Shown: positions 33,459 through 43,338 of the stretch, in pieces
Layout: each line of letters opens with the position of its first letter
Position numbering within the stretch: position 1 is the first letter of the stretch
Virus record (IMG/VR): IMGVR_UViG_3300017912_002579
Coordinates: 1 to 43,946 of that record
Direction: 5' to 3' (one strand)
Length of the DNA stretch: 43,946 nt
DNA from: a virus
Lineage: Duplodnaviria > Caudoviricetes
Position numbers and translations under genes: made by a program
Notes under the pieces: model-generated
Told to the model about the DNA's origin: nothing
The model's input: only the letters and a program-made list of their open reading frames with translations
Database searches by the model: none

Positions 33459-33818
33459 ATGTCTGGATCAAAGCGATTAGTCGATCAGCTGGTTGAGGCG
33501 TTTGATCTCAACCAGCGCCGGAAATTCGTGCTGAAGAATGCCGAAGGCGCAAAAATCGCGGATCTATATTTTAAGCCGATTACGCGGGCTGACCGTAAGA
33601 AGGCGCAAGATCTGGCGGGCTCGGCTGAGGCATTGGATATCAGCACCCAGATGCTGTGCCAAATGGCGGAGCTGGAGGATGGCACCAAGCCTTTTGCAGC
33701 TGCCGATGCAGTCAAGCTGCATCGCAGCCTGCCTGAGAATGTGCTGAATGAGCTGGAGCTGTTCCTATTCGGCATCGCTGACAACAATGTCGATCTGGAT
33801 GACGCAAAAAACGACTAA
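33459..33818 (+). CDS. Tail assembly chaperone (lambda gpG-like)
   Basis: Between tube and tape measure; ends in slippery GCA AAA AAC GAC TAA. Confidence 0.75.
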   Translation: MSGSKRLVDQLVEAFDLNQRRKFVLKNAEGAKIADLYFKPITRADRKKAQDLAGSAEALDISTQMLCQMAELEDGTKPFAAADAVKLHRSLPENVLNELELFLFGIADNNVDLDDAKND

Positions 33819-33994
33819 AGCAGGACAGCTGGACTAAATTCGAATTCTTTCTGGCCTGCGAGTTAGGGATGACAGTCAGTAGGCTCCGCACAGAGCTTAC
33901 AGATGCGGAGTTAATACACTTTGCTGCGTATTTTTCAGTGAAAGCTGAAGAGGACGAGCGTGCCGCAGAGCGTGCCAAACACAGACGTCATTAG
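33806..33994 (+). CDS. -1 frameshift extension (gpGT-like)
   Basis: A AAA AAC at 33806-33812. The -1 frame reads RLKQDSWTKFEFFLACELGMTVSRLRTELTDAELIHFAAYF... to TAG 33992-94. Confidence 0.75.
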   Translation, partial: KKRLKQDSWTKFEFFLACELGMTVSRLRTELTDAELIHFAAYFSVKAEEDERAAERAKHRRH

Positions 33995-34018
33995 ACTTGA
34001 CGTACTGATTAGGCCGCC

Positions 34019-36259
34019 GTGGCAGTCTCCAACGTTGAGATTAGGGTCAATGCGAATAACGCAGTGGCCCAGCTCAACCGGCTCAACGGTGTGGCCGGGA
34101 CGACTGCTGGCACTTTTAGCAGACTGCGCTCGGCTGCTGCGGGTCTGGGAGTAGGGCTGATCGCAAAATCGGCCATTCAAGCGGCAGCATCATTCAGAGA
34201 TCTGCAGACACGGCTCAAGCTTGTCACCAGTGAATATGGCGAGTATGAGAAGGCGCAAAAGCTGGTGAGCCGGGCCGCTAAGACATTCGGTCTTAGTAAT
34301 CGTGAAGCAGCCGAAGGTGTTGCCGATATCTTTACGAGATTGCGGCCGCTCGGCATCGAGCTAGCTGATATCGAATCGTCGTTTATCGGATTCAATACAG
34401 TTGCCAGGCTGAGTGGCGTGAGTGCGGCTGGTGCTAGCGCGGCATTCACTCAGTTAGCCCAAGCATTAGGATCAGGTCGCTTGCAAGGCGATGAATTCCG
34501 CAGCATCGCTGAGCAAATTCCTGGCCTGCTTGGGGCAGTGTCGCTAGAGACTGGTGTAGCAGTCGGCGACCTTAAGGAATTTGCCTCTGATGGCAAACTC
34601 ACCACTGATATCCTGATTAGAGCTCTTAAGCGGGTTGAGAAGGAAGGTGCAGGTAAGATTGCTGCCATCATCAAAGACTCAGATATTCAACGTTTTAAAA
34701 ACTTCCAGAATGCTTCTGATGAATTAAGCATCGCGATTGGCGACAAGCTGCTCCCAGCAGTCACACCATTGATTGACGGAGCCACTGAACTTATCAAAGT
34801 CTTTGGCAAGCTACCTGAGCCGATTCAGACCGGCACAATCGCAGTTATTGGATTAGCCGGGGCTGCTGCGATACTTGGCCCAGCGATCACGACAGTCAGC
34901 GGTGCATTGGCTGCATTGTCTGGCGGTGCAGCTCTGAAATCTGCCGTGACCGGGCTAGCAGTCATGGGCGAGAAGGCTATGGCGGCTGCAGCTGGCAAAA
35001 CAGCATTGGCTAGCGCTGTGACCGCCGCGAATGTCAAGATCACTGCATCGACGGTGGCACTTGGTGCCTTGAAACTGGCGTTATTGGCCTTACCATATGT
35101 GGCAGTTGCGGCTGGCATCACTGCTTTAGGAGTGGCGTTATTTAACGCCAGCAAGCGCCAGAAAGAATTCAATGAGCTGGTAAAGAATGGCGAAAAAGCA
35201 GCAGTTGATGCGGCAGTGGCTACTGAAAAACTCAGAAAGGCACAAGCGCAGCAAAGAATTGATGAAGCTCCAGCTGGCGGTCGCATGGGCCAGACATCGC
35301 CGTTCATCAAGCGCATGAAGCGCATTGTCGCAGATGCAGATGACCGCATAGCACAACTGCAAGGCCGGCTCAAAAAGCTTGGTGAGGAGAATGGGAACGG
35401 AGGTGGAGGTGGAGGTGGCAATCTTGATTTAGGCAAAAGAAAGGATATAACACAGCGGATGTTGGACCTGAATGATCAGTTGAGAGCTGCACAGGAAGGC
35501 GAGCAAAAACGCATAGCGGCGACTCTAAACCTGATGATCAGGAAGCAAGAGATCGCTGAGAGCGAGATGCTGCCTCTTGAGAGGCAAAATGCCCTAAACC
35601 AAGCGATTCATGACTTCAGACAAGATATCTTCGAGATTGATAAGCAGATTGCAGAACAACGCGAAGCAGACATTGCCAAAGCCTCCAAAGGTTTTGAAGC
35701 TCAAATAGCGCATCAAGAAGAATTGCGCAAGGCCATCGCCAAGCAAAAGGATCAATACGCTGAACTAAACGAGACATTCCGCACCGGCATCGTTGATTCA
35801 ATCTTGGATGCAGTCGAGGGAACAAAATCACTTGGCGAGTCGCTTGCCGGCATTCTGAAACAGATGGCAAGGCTGATTCTTCAGCAGCAGCTGCTAAATG
35901 CTTTAAAGGGATTCAATATTTTTGATGGTGGAGGTGGTGGCACTACTTTTACTTCTCCTGATGTGTTGACATCTGGTCTTGATTTTTCTGGCGCTTTTGC
36001 TAACGGTGGCCGTCCTACGGTTGGCAAGGCTGCGCTGGTTGGTGAGCGCGGGCCTGAGCTGTTCGTACCTGACCGTGCTGGCACGATCATTCCCAATCAT
36101 GCGATGGGTGGGGCTAACGTGACAGTAAATGTAGATGCTTCTGGCTCGTCTGTTGAAGGCAACGCTGATCAGGCTTCGCAACTCGGCAGAATGCTTGGCG
36201 CTGCAGTGCAGGCTGAGCTAATCAAGCAAAAACGTCCTGGCGGTCTCCTCGCAAGCTGA
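34019..36259 (+). CDS. Tape measure protein
   Basis: QLAQALGSGRLQGDEFRSIAEQ tape-measure domain; C-terminal FANGG...VGERGPELFVP. Confidence 0.92.
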   Translation: MAVSNVEIRVNANNAVAQLNRLNGVAGTTAGTFSRLRSAAAGLGVGLIAKSAIQAAASFRDLQTRLKLVTSEYGEYEKAQKLVSRAAKTFGLSNREAAEGVADIFTRLRPLGIELADIESSFIGFNTVARLSGVSAAGASAAFTQLAQALGSGRLQGDEFRSIAEQIPGLLGAVSLETGVAVGDLKEFASDGKLTTDILIRALKRVEKEGAGKIAAIIKDSDIQRFKNFQNASDELSIAIGDKLLPAVTPLIDGATELIKVFGKLPEPIQTGTIAVIGLAGAAAILGPAITTVSGALAALSGGAALKSAVTGLAVMGEKAMAAAAGKTALASAVTAANVKITASTVALGALKLALLALPYVAVAAGITALGVALFNASKRQKEFNELVKNGEKAAVDAAVATEKLRKAQAQQRIDEAPAGGRMGQTSPFIKRMKRIVADADDRIAQLQGRLKKLGEENGNGGGGGGGNLDLGKRKDITQRMLDLNDQLRAAQEGEQKRIAATLNLMIRKQEIAESEMLPLERQNALNQAIHDFRQDIFEIDKQIAEQREADIAKASKGFEAQIAHQEELRKAIAKQKDQYAELNETFRTGIVDSILDAVEGTKSLGESLAGILKQMARLILQQQLLNALKGFNIFDGGGGGTTFTSPDVLTSGLDFSGAFANGGRPTVGKAALVGERGPELFVPDRAGTIIPNHAMGGANVTVNVDASGSSVEGNADQASQLGRMLGAAVQAELIKQKRPGGLLAS

Positions 36260-36600
36260 TGGCTACCTTCCCGTCAATCACTCCAACGTATGGGCTGCAA
36301 AAAAGCAGCGCACCAAGCTTTCGCAAGGTGCAATTTTCTGACGGCTACGAAGCCCGTCTGACTTTTGGCCTCAATCAAAACCCCAAGACCTACAACTTGA
36401 CGTTTGAGGTGTCTGAGTCTGACGCCGACACCATCGAAGCGTTTTTGGATGCTCGTGCAGACGACAATGCTCCATTCGACTTCACACCACCTGGGGAAAA
36501 CCAAAGCTCGAAGTTTGTCTGCGAAAAGTGGAGCAAGTCGATTCCTTACTTGAACCGCGCCACAATTCAGACAACGTTCCGCGAAGTCTTTGAACCATAA
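36259..36600 (+). CDS. Distal tail protein (lambda gpM-like)
   Basis: VQFSDGYEAR...GLNQNP...FDFTPP...TTFREVFEP. Confidence 0.85.
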   Translation: MATFPSITPTYGLQKSSAPSFRKVQFSDGYEARLTFGLNQNPKTYNLTFEVSESDADTIEAFLDARADDNAPFDFTPPGENQSSKFVCEKWSKSIPYLNRATIQTTFREVFEP

Positions 36601-37637
36601 TGGCGACAGCAGTTTGGACCGCTAGCACCGCGTTTTCTGTTGGAGACGTTCGTCGCCCCACGGTTTCGTATGGAACCGGCTTGTGGTTTCGCTGCACCAC
36701 TGCTGGCACGTCAGCTAGCTCAGAACCAACATGGCCGACTGACATAGCCAGCACGGTTACAGATGGAACGTGTGTTTGGACTGCAATCAGCAGTGTTTAC
36801 GACGAGCTGCTGAAGCTTGCACCTAGCGCGGTTATTGAATTGTTTGAGCTGCGTTTAGACAGCAGCCTGCATGGCAGTTCAGACGTGTATCGTTGGCACG
36901 CCGGAATGAGCCGAAACGACCGTAATCAAGATGTCAACGTAGTTTTCAACGGCAACGAGTACACACGATTGCCGGTCAAAGCAGAGGGTTTTGAGTACAC
37001 GAGCACTGGAACGTTGCCTCGTCCAACGCTGACGGTCAGCAACCTCGACAGCACAATGACGGTGCTGCTTGCTTTGGTTAACGCCACAACTGCAGGCAAC
37101 GATCTTGGTGGGGCGGAGGTTCGGCGTATCCGCACGCTGAAAAAATACCTTGATGACATCAACTTCAGTTTTGACAACGTTGGCATCACGCAAGATGGCG
37201 ACACCTTGATAACGCAGGCTGGCGACACGTTTAACTTCAGGACTGTGGGCAACCCCAGTGGCGTGCCTGATCCAAACGCTCAGTTCCCGCAAGAGCGTTG
37301 GTTCATCGACCGCAAAGCAAGCGAGTCACGCGACACGGTGACGTTCGAGCTAGCCAGCAAGTTTGATTTGGCTGGACAAAAGCTGCCCAAACGTCAGGTC
37401 ATCGCCAACGTTTGCCAATGGATCTACAAGTCAACGGAGTGCGGCTACGACCCGTCTACCGGCCCAGGCAAGGATATTGATGGCACCAACTTCAGGCGTT
37501 TTGATGTGAACAACGAAGGCGTGACAACTGATGCTGAGGACGTGTGCGGGAAGCGTATTGCTAGTTGCAAGTGCCGTTTTGGCGATAACGCTGAGCTACC
37601 GTTTGGCTCATTCCCTGGAGCGGGTCTGACGAAGTGA
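36600..37637 (+). CDS. Minor tail protein (lambda gpL-like) with N-terminal extra module
   Basis: IELFEL, LPRPTLTVSN, RRIRTLKKYLD, FELASKFD, CQWIYKSTECGY, DVCGKRIASCKCRFG, FGSFPG. Confidence 0.88.
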   Translation: MATAVWTASTAFSVGDVRRPTVSYGTGLWFRCTTAGTSASSEPTWPTDIASTVTDGTCVWTAISSVYDELLKLAPSAVIELFELRLDSSLHGSSDVYRWHAGMSRNDRNQDVNVVFNGNEYTRLPVKAEGFEYTSTGTLPRPTLTVSNLDSTMTVLLALVNATTAGNDLGGAEVRRIRTLKKYLDDINFSFDNVGITQDGDTLITQAGDTFNFRTVGNPSGVPDPNAQFPQERWFIDRKASESRDTVTFELASKFDLAGQKLPKRQVIANVCQWIYKSTECGYDPSTGPGKDIDGTNFRRFDVNNEGVTTDAEDVCGKRIASCKCRFGDNAELPFGSFPGAGLTK

Positions 37638-38344
37638 TGCGTCTGTCGCCAGCCATGAAGGCTGAGATTCTGGAGCACGCTAAGGCTGAAGCACCCCGTG
37701 AGTGTTGCGGCTTGGTTGCTGTTGTCAAAGGACGGCGCAGGTACTTTCCATGCCAGAACATCGCTGAAACACCAGACGAGCACTTTGTTCTCAGCGGTTG
37801 GAACGAAGTAGAGGACCAAGGCGAGGTGGTGGCGATTGTGCATAGTCATCCGATTACAAGACCTGAGCCGTCAACGGCTGATCGTGTTGCCTGCGAAAAG
37901 TCAGAGCTGCCTTGGTTCATCGTTAATCCAAACACCGAGGCATGGGGATATTGCGAACCAGCTGGTTTTGAGTTGCCGTACGTAGGACGTGAGTTTGTTC
38001 ACGGCGTTGTGGACTGCTACACGCTTGTGCGTGACTGGTACGCAAGAGAGTACGGCATTGAGTTGCGTGACTATGACAGGCGTGATCAGTGGTGGGACCA
38101 CGGACAAAACCTGTATTTAGACAACTTCAGCAAGGAGGGATTTCGCAAGATCCCAGTAGAAAAGGTGGAGCGTGGCGATTTGATTTTGATGAACCTTGTT
38201 TCACCCGTACCAAACCATGCGGCGATTTATATGGGTGATCAGCAGGTGCTGCATCATGTGCAGGGCAGGTTGTCTAGCCGAGACCTTTACGGCGGTTACT
38301 ATGGGAAAAGCACTGCCTGCGCCTTGAGGCATGAAAGTCGTTAA
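37634..38344 (+). CDS. Tail assembly protein K (JAB + NlpC/P60)
   Basis: PRECCGL, VHSHP...PSTAD, DCYTLVRDWY, NHAAIY...LHH. Confidence 0.9.
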   Translation: MMRLSPAMKAEILEHAKAEAPRECCGLVAVVKGRRRYFPCQNIAETPDEHFVLSGWNEVEDQGEVVAIVHSHPITRPEPSTADRVACEKSELPWFIVNPNTEAWGYCEPAGFELPYVGREFVHGVVDCYTLVRDWYAREYGIELRDYDRRDQWWDHGQNLYLDNFSKEGFRKIPVEKVERGDLILMNLVSPVPNHAAIYMGDQQVLHHVQGRLSSRDLYGGYYGKSTACALRHESR

Positions 38345-38966
38345 GGTCTACGGCGCTTTGCGTAAACGGCTTGGTCAATGCCGGTTTGAGTTTGACGTAG
38401 CAACACCAGCGCAGGCGATCAAAGCATTGTGCGTCAACTTTCCAGGGCTGGAAAAGTGGCTTATTGATAGTGAAAAAGATGGTGTTGGCTATCGGGTAGC
38501 AGTCAGCAAAGAAAAAGCGACTGAGCAAGACGTGAGTCCTCTGCTAATGCCTTTTAGCGATAAAGAGGTTTTTAGTATTACGCCTGTTGTTGCTGGTGCG
38601 GGACGGGGCGCTGGGCAAATTTTGCTTGGAGCGACTTTGATAGCTGCTGCTGTTGTTCTTGCTCCAACAGGAGGAGGTGGCTTTTTGGGAGCAACAGGTA
38701 GCGGTTTCTTAAGTGCATCAGCTTCATCTGCTATCGGTAGTGTTGGGCTTTCTTTGACTCTTGGCGGTATAGCTACTGCCATTTCACCTCAACCTGACAT
38801 GGGTTTGGAACGTGGACGTGAGGCAGCAAAGCTGGAATCATTTGTTTTCAACAACGTGGTCAACACCTCCAAGCAAGGCTTGCCCGTACCAATAGCCTAT
38901 GGACGGGTGTTCGTTGGTTCAGCAGTGCTATCCAGCGGTCTTGACGTTGATCAGAAACAGGTATGA
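38331..38966 (+). CDS. Tail assembly protein I
   Basis: VKVYGAL...AIKALC...PVVAGAG...NTSKQGLPVPIAYG...GSAVLS. Confidence 0.88.
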   Translation: MKVVKVYGALRKRLGQCRFEFDVATPAQAIKALCVNFPGLEKWLIDSEKDGVGYRVAVSKEKATEQDVSPLLMPFSDKEVFSITPVVAGAGRGAGQILLGATLIAAAVVLAPTGGGGFLGATGSGFLSASASSAIGSVGLSLTLGGIATAISPQPDMGLERGREAAKLESFVFNNVVNTSKQGLPVPIAYGRVFVGSAVLSSGLDVDQKQV

Positions 38967-41900
38967 CACAGACCAAGTATGTTCAAGGTGCTGGTGGCGG
39001 CGGTAAAGGGGGCGGTGGAGCGCATACGCCTACCGAGTCAGATGACACTCTGCAGTCGATCCAGTTTGCCAACGTGCTGGATTTGGTTAGCGAAGGCGAG
39101 ATTCAAGGACTAGACGACGGCAACAAAAGCATTTTCTTGGACAACACGCCTGTCCAGAACGCAGACGGCAGCAACAACTTTTCTGGCTACACCGTTGTTA
39201 CGCGCAATGGCACTCAAGCCCAAAATCACATTCCTGGCGACTTTGGATCAACACAGGTTGAGAGAGCGGTCAACATTGAGGTAACCAACAGCACTTCCGT
39301 TACTAGAAATGTTTTAGGAACAGACGTTGATCGCCTTCGCGTAACGCTGACTATCCCTAGTCTTCAAAAGGTAGAAGATGATGGCGACATTGTTGGTCAT
39401 ACCGTTGATATCAAGATCCAAATCCAATATGACGGCGGTGGTTTTAACGACGTAGTTACAGACACGATTAGCGGCAAAAGCAGCAACCGCTATCAGCGTG
39501 ACTACATGATTACGTTGAGCAGCAGCACCAACGTTCAAGTTCGGATGGTGCGTGTCAGTGCTGACGAAACCAGCCAAAAACGAGCCAGCACCACAATTTT
39601 TCAAAGTTTTACCGAGATTATTGACGAAAAGTTCAGCTACCCAAACTCTGCACTTATTGCGCTTCGCTTTGACTCGCGTGAGTTCAGCAGCATCCCAAGC
39701 CGTAAGTATCTGATTCGTGGAATCAAAGTCAAGATTCCAAGCAACGCAACAGTAGACACCACCACGCATCTGGGGCGGATCACATATTCCGGCATCTGGG
39801 ACGGCACGTTCCAAGCGGCTACATGGACGAATGATCCAGCCTGGTGTTTGTATGACCTGCTGATTTCAGACCGCTATGGCGCGGGCATTCCTGAAGATAC
39901 GCTCGACAAGTACGACTTCTTTTCTGTAAGCCAGTATTGCAACGCTCTTGTTGATGACGGCAAAGGCGGTCAGGAGCCGCGTTTCAGCCTCAACATGCTG
40001 ATTAACAGCCGTGCTGAGGTTTACAACGTCATCCAAGAGATGACAGCCATTTTTAGGGGCATTGCTTATTACGGCGCAGGCTCTTTGGTTCTCAACCAAG
40101 ACAAGCCGACTGATTCAAGTTATGTACTTGGCCCATCAAACGTTATAGATGGGCTGTTTACATACACTGGAACGTCTCAGAAAGCTCGTCATACCGTTGC
40201 AACGGTTGCGTATCAGAACTACGACACTCAAGGCGATACAGAGTTTGAGTACGTCGAAGACCACGATGCTGTAGCCAAGTACGGCATCATCAACAAAGAC
40301 ATCAAGGCTGTTGGTTGCTACAGCCAGGGTCAGGCTCACAGGATTGGTAAGTGGACGCTTTTGTCAGAGCAGAACCTGACTGAGATGTGCCAGTTTGCTG
40401 TTGGTATTGAAAGCGGCATCATTCTTCGCCCTGGGCAGGTTATAGACATTGCTGATCCAGTCAGAGCTGGCGTCAGGCGTAGTGGTCGCGTTCGTTCTGC
40501 CACAACAACTCAGCTGACTGTTGATAGCAGCACCAACCTGTCAGTCAGCGTGGCAACCAGCGATAACGATCCAAAGGTGTCAGTGATGTTGCCCAGCGGC
40601 ATTGCTGAAACACGCAGCATTCCAGCAGGTGGCATTCAGCCACAAGCCAATGGAACGGCAACGATTGACGTGGCATCTGCCTTTAGCCAAACGCCTACGG
40701 CTGGTTCGGTATTTTTGGTGCAAACGTCTGACATTCAGTCACAGCAGTTCAGGATTCTTTCTGTTGCTGAGTCTGAAGACGGCGTTTATGGCGTTAGCGC
40801 AGCCGCTTACAACGCCACGATTTACGACGCGGTTGAGTCTGACAATGAGCTGACCAACCGCGACATCACGAACTTATCAGCCATTCCTAATGCTGTTGAT
40901 TCAATCACTGTAGAAGAGTTCCTCTACGAAACGGGTCAGGGTGTGTTTGTTGGTGCGTCAGTCAGCTGGCAGCATGATCGCGTCAATATCAGTGAGTTTC
41001 GCGTTCAGTATCGCGTTGATGACGACAACTTTGAGACGTTAACGACTGCATCACCGTCGATTACCATCCGTGACATTCGAGCTGGCAACCTTCAGATTCA
41101 AGTGCAAGCCAGAAACTATTTAAATCGCGGCAGCGTTATTACGACCAATACGTTCACGATTGAAGGCAAAACCGCTCCACCGCAACTGATTACAGATGAA
41201 AACGACGCAAACTACATCGACTTCGACATGATCCCGGTCAACGGGCAGGCCAAGCTGACTTGGCGTCAGTCTCTTGACCTTGACGTGCGGAATGGCGGTC
41301 ACGTCAGGTTGCGTCACTCGCCAAACACGTCCAACGTGACGTGGAGCAACTCAACCAGCATCTCTGAAGAGATTTCAGGTGCTGCAACGGAAGCCTACGC
41401 AGATCTGAAGTCTGGAACGTACTCAATGAAGTTCATCGACTCTGGCGGTCGCGAGAGTCAGAACTTTGCTCTGATCGAGTACACCAAGCCAGAGCTTGAA
41501 AGCACTGAGGAAGTGTCGGCGCTGTCGGCAACAGAGGACCCGACATTTCCTGGGACAAAAACCAACCTCAGTGTTGATAGCACTGACCAAGAACTGGAGA
41601 TGGCAGCAAACGGCTCTGTGCTGCACACGACTGGTGAGTATGTGTTCAACGGCAATCCATTTACGTTGACGCATGTTGGCAGCCTGCGGCTTGAAAGCAC
41701 TCTGCGAGCCCGGTCTTATTTTCCAGCAACTGACCTGCTTGACAGTGTTCCCGACTTCGACTCGATCGTTGATTTTGACGGCACAACGCCAACGACTTGT
41801 GATGTCAAGTTGTACGTGCGAACTACGGAAGACGATCCAAGCGGGTCACCCACTTACACGTCATGGCGTCACTTCAACAACGCAGAGATTAAGTGCCGTG

Positions 41901-42238
41901 CGTTTGAGTTAAAGGCTGAATTTGAGACGAACGACGACACTGCTCAAATCTCAGTAGACCAGTTGCGCGTCAAAGCATTGATGCCTTTCCGGTCATTGTC
42001 TGGCGAAGTTACGACCAGCACGACAGGCGATACGACCGTTAATTTTGGAACGGGCAACAGGTTCTACGTCAAACCGTCGATTGGCATCATCTTTGCTGCG
42101 TCTAACACCACGGATTACTACGTCATCTCAAACGACAGCAGCGGTTCCAGCTTTGACGTCTCTGTCTATGATGGGGTTAGCAACGCCCGGAAGGCCGTTA
42201 CGGTCCGCTGGAATGCTGTCGGTTACGGACGAGGCTAA
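38963..42238 (+). CDS. Tail tip/central fibre protein (lambda gpJ-like)
   Basis: GAGGGGK, DLVSEGEIQG, YPNSAL, WDGTF...WTNDPAW, GCYSQGQAHRIGKW; fibronectin-like C-terminal region. Confidence 0.9.
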   Translation: MTQTKYVQGAGGGGKGGGGAHTPTESDDTLQSIQFANVLDLVSEGEIQGLDDGNKSIFLDNTPVQNADGSNNFSGYTVVTRNGTQAQNHIPGDFGSTQVERAVNIEVTNSTSVTRNVLGTDVDRLRVTLTIPSLQKVEDDGDIVGHTVDIKIQIQYDGGGFNDVVTDTISGKSSNRYQRDYMITLSSSTNVQVRMVRVSADETSQKRASTTIFQSFTEIIDEKFSYPNSALIALRFDSREFSSIPSRKYLIRGIKVKIPSNATVDTTTHLGRITYSGIWDGTFQAATWTNDPAWCLYDLLISDRYGAGIPEDTLDKYDFFSVSQYCNALVDDGKGGQEPRFSLNMLINSRAEVYNVIQEMTAIFRGIAYYGAGSLVLNQDKPTDSSYVLGPSNVIDGLFTYTGTSQKARHTVATVAYQNYDTQGDTEFEYVEDHDAVAKYGIINKDIKAVGCYSQGQAHRIGKWTLLSEQNLTEMCQFAVGIESGIILRPGQVIDIADPVRAGVRRSGRVRSATTTQLTVDSSTNLSVSVATSDNDPKVSVMLPSGIAETRSIPAGGIQPQANGTATIDVASAFSQTPTAGSVFLVQTSDIQSQQFRILSVAESEDGVYGVSAAAYNATIYDAVESDNELTNRDITNLSAIPNAVDSITVEEFLYETGQGVFVGASVSWQHDRVNISEFRVQYRVDDDNFETLTTASPSITIRDIRAGNLQIQVQARNYLNRGSVITTNTFTIEGKTAPPQLITDENDANYIDFDMIPVNGQAKLTWRQSLDLDVRNGGHVRLRHSPNTSNVTWSNSTSISEEISGAATEAYADLKSGTYSMKFIDSGGRESQNFALIEYTKPELESTEEVSALSATEDPTFPGTKTNLSVDSTDQELEMAANGSVLHTTGEYVFNGNPFTLTHVGSLRLESTLRARSYFPATDLLDSVPDFDSIVDFDGTTPTTCDVKLYVRTTEDDPSGSPTYTSWRHFNNAEIKCRAFELKAEFETNDDTAQISVDQLRVKALMPFRSLSGEVTTSTTGDTTVNFGTGNRFYVKPSIGIIFAASNTTDYYVISNDSSGSSFDVSVYDGVSNARKAVTVRWNAVGYGRG

Positions 42239-43335
42239 TGGCACAAGCTGACCAGCAGATCCAAAACGCCAGCGGTAGTTCGGTTCGTGCCGACCTGAAC
42301 AACAACTTTGACGCGCTGTTCAGCAATAACTCTGGATCGTCTGAGCCATCAACGACCACAGCGTTCATGTGGTTCGCTGATACCACCAATGATGCGCTAA
42401 AGATCCGCAACGCTGCGGACTCTGCTTTTATCACCGTTGGCACCTTGTCTGAGACCAATCTTGGTCTTGCATTGAAAGCCAGTCCTACGTTCACCGGCAA
42501 CGTCACAGTCCCCGCAGGCACAGTTAGCAGTTTGCCTGTTCGTTTTACTGGCGACACCGATACCGGCTTCTTCAAAAATGCTGCCAATGATTTCAGCATC
42601 GTTACTGGTGGAACGCGTCGTGCTCACTTCGACAGCAACGGCATCACGATCCGTGACCGCAAGGCACTGAGGTTTAGAGATACCAGCAACAGCAACTTTG
42701 TTGCTCTTCGCGCTCCAAGCAACGCAGCAAGCAACATCACGCTGACGTTGCCTAGCAGTGATGGCAACGCAGATGACGTATTGCAATCAGACGGCAGCGG
42801 TAATCTGAGCTTTGTTGCTTTACCGCAGGCTGTGCCGACCGGATCGGTTCACATGATGGCAACGACCACTGTGCCGAGTGGTTATTTGAAGTGCAACGGC
42901 GCTGCAGTTAGTCGGACAACTTACGCCGATCTGTTTGCAATCGTGGGGACTGCGCACGGTGCAGGTGATGGCAGCAGCACGTTCAACGTGCCTGACCTCC
43001 GTGGCGAGTTTGTCCGTGGCTGGGACGATTCTCGTGGTGTTGATAGCGGTCGCAACTTTGGCAGCTCGCAGTCAGATCAGAACGCACAACACAACCACAC
43101 AGCAACGGCAACATCAAGCGTCACTGATCCTGGTCACTTCCACCAAGTCGCTTATTCAAACAGCGACAGCGGTGATGGCGTGATCGAAGAATCCGGCACG
43201 GGCCTCAGCGGTTACGAGCCAACTGAAACCGCAACCACAGGCATCTCTGTTTCCACGTCTGTGACCGTTGCCAACCAGGGTGGCAATGAGGCCAGACCGC
43301 GTAACATTGCAATGATGTACGTCATCAAAACGTAA
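42238..43335 (+). CDS. Tail fibre protein with phage tail-collar domain (tip allele B)
   Basis: VPTGSV...PSGYLKCNGAAVSRTTYADLF...FNVPDLRGEFVRGWD collar; HxH motifs; EARPRNIAMMYVIKT. Confidence 0.88.
   Translation: MAQADQQIQNASGSSVRADLNNNFDALFSNNSGSSEPSTTTAFMWFADTTNDALKIRNAADSAFITVGTLSETNLGLALKASPTFTGNVTVPAGTVSSLPVRFTGDTDTGFFKNAANDFSIVTGGTRRAHFDSNGITIRDRKALRFRDTSNSNFVALRAPSNAASNITLTLPSSDGNADDVLQSDGSGNLSFVALPQAVPTGSVHMMATTTVPSGYLKCNGAAVSRTTYADLFAIVGTAHGAGDGSSTFNVPDLRGEFVRGWDDSRGVDSGRNFGSSQSDQNAQHNHTATATSSVTDPGHFHQVAYSNSDSGDGVIEESGTGLSGYEPTETATTGISVSTSVTVANQGGNEARPRNIAMMYVIKT
43063..43143 (+). repeat. Copy 2 of the 81-bp repeat shared with 1-81
   Basis: Direct comparison with the window start. 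Confidence 0.95.
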
Positions 43336-43338
43336 GCA

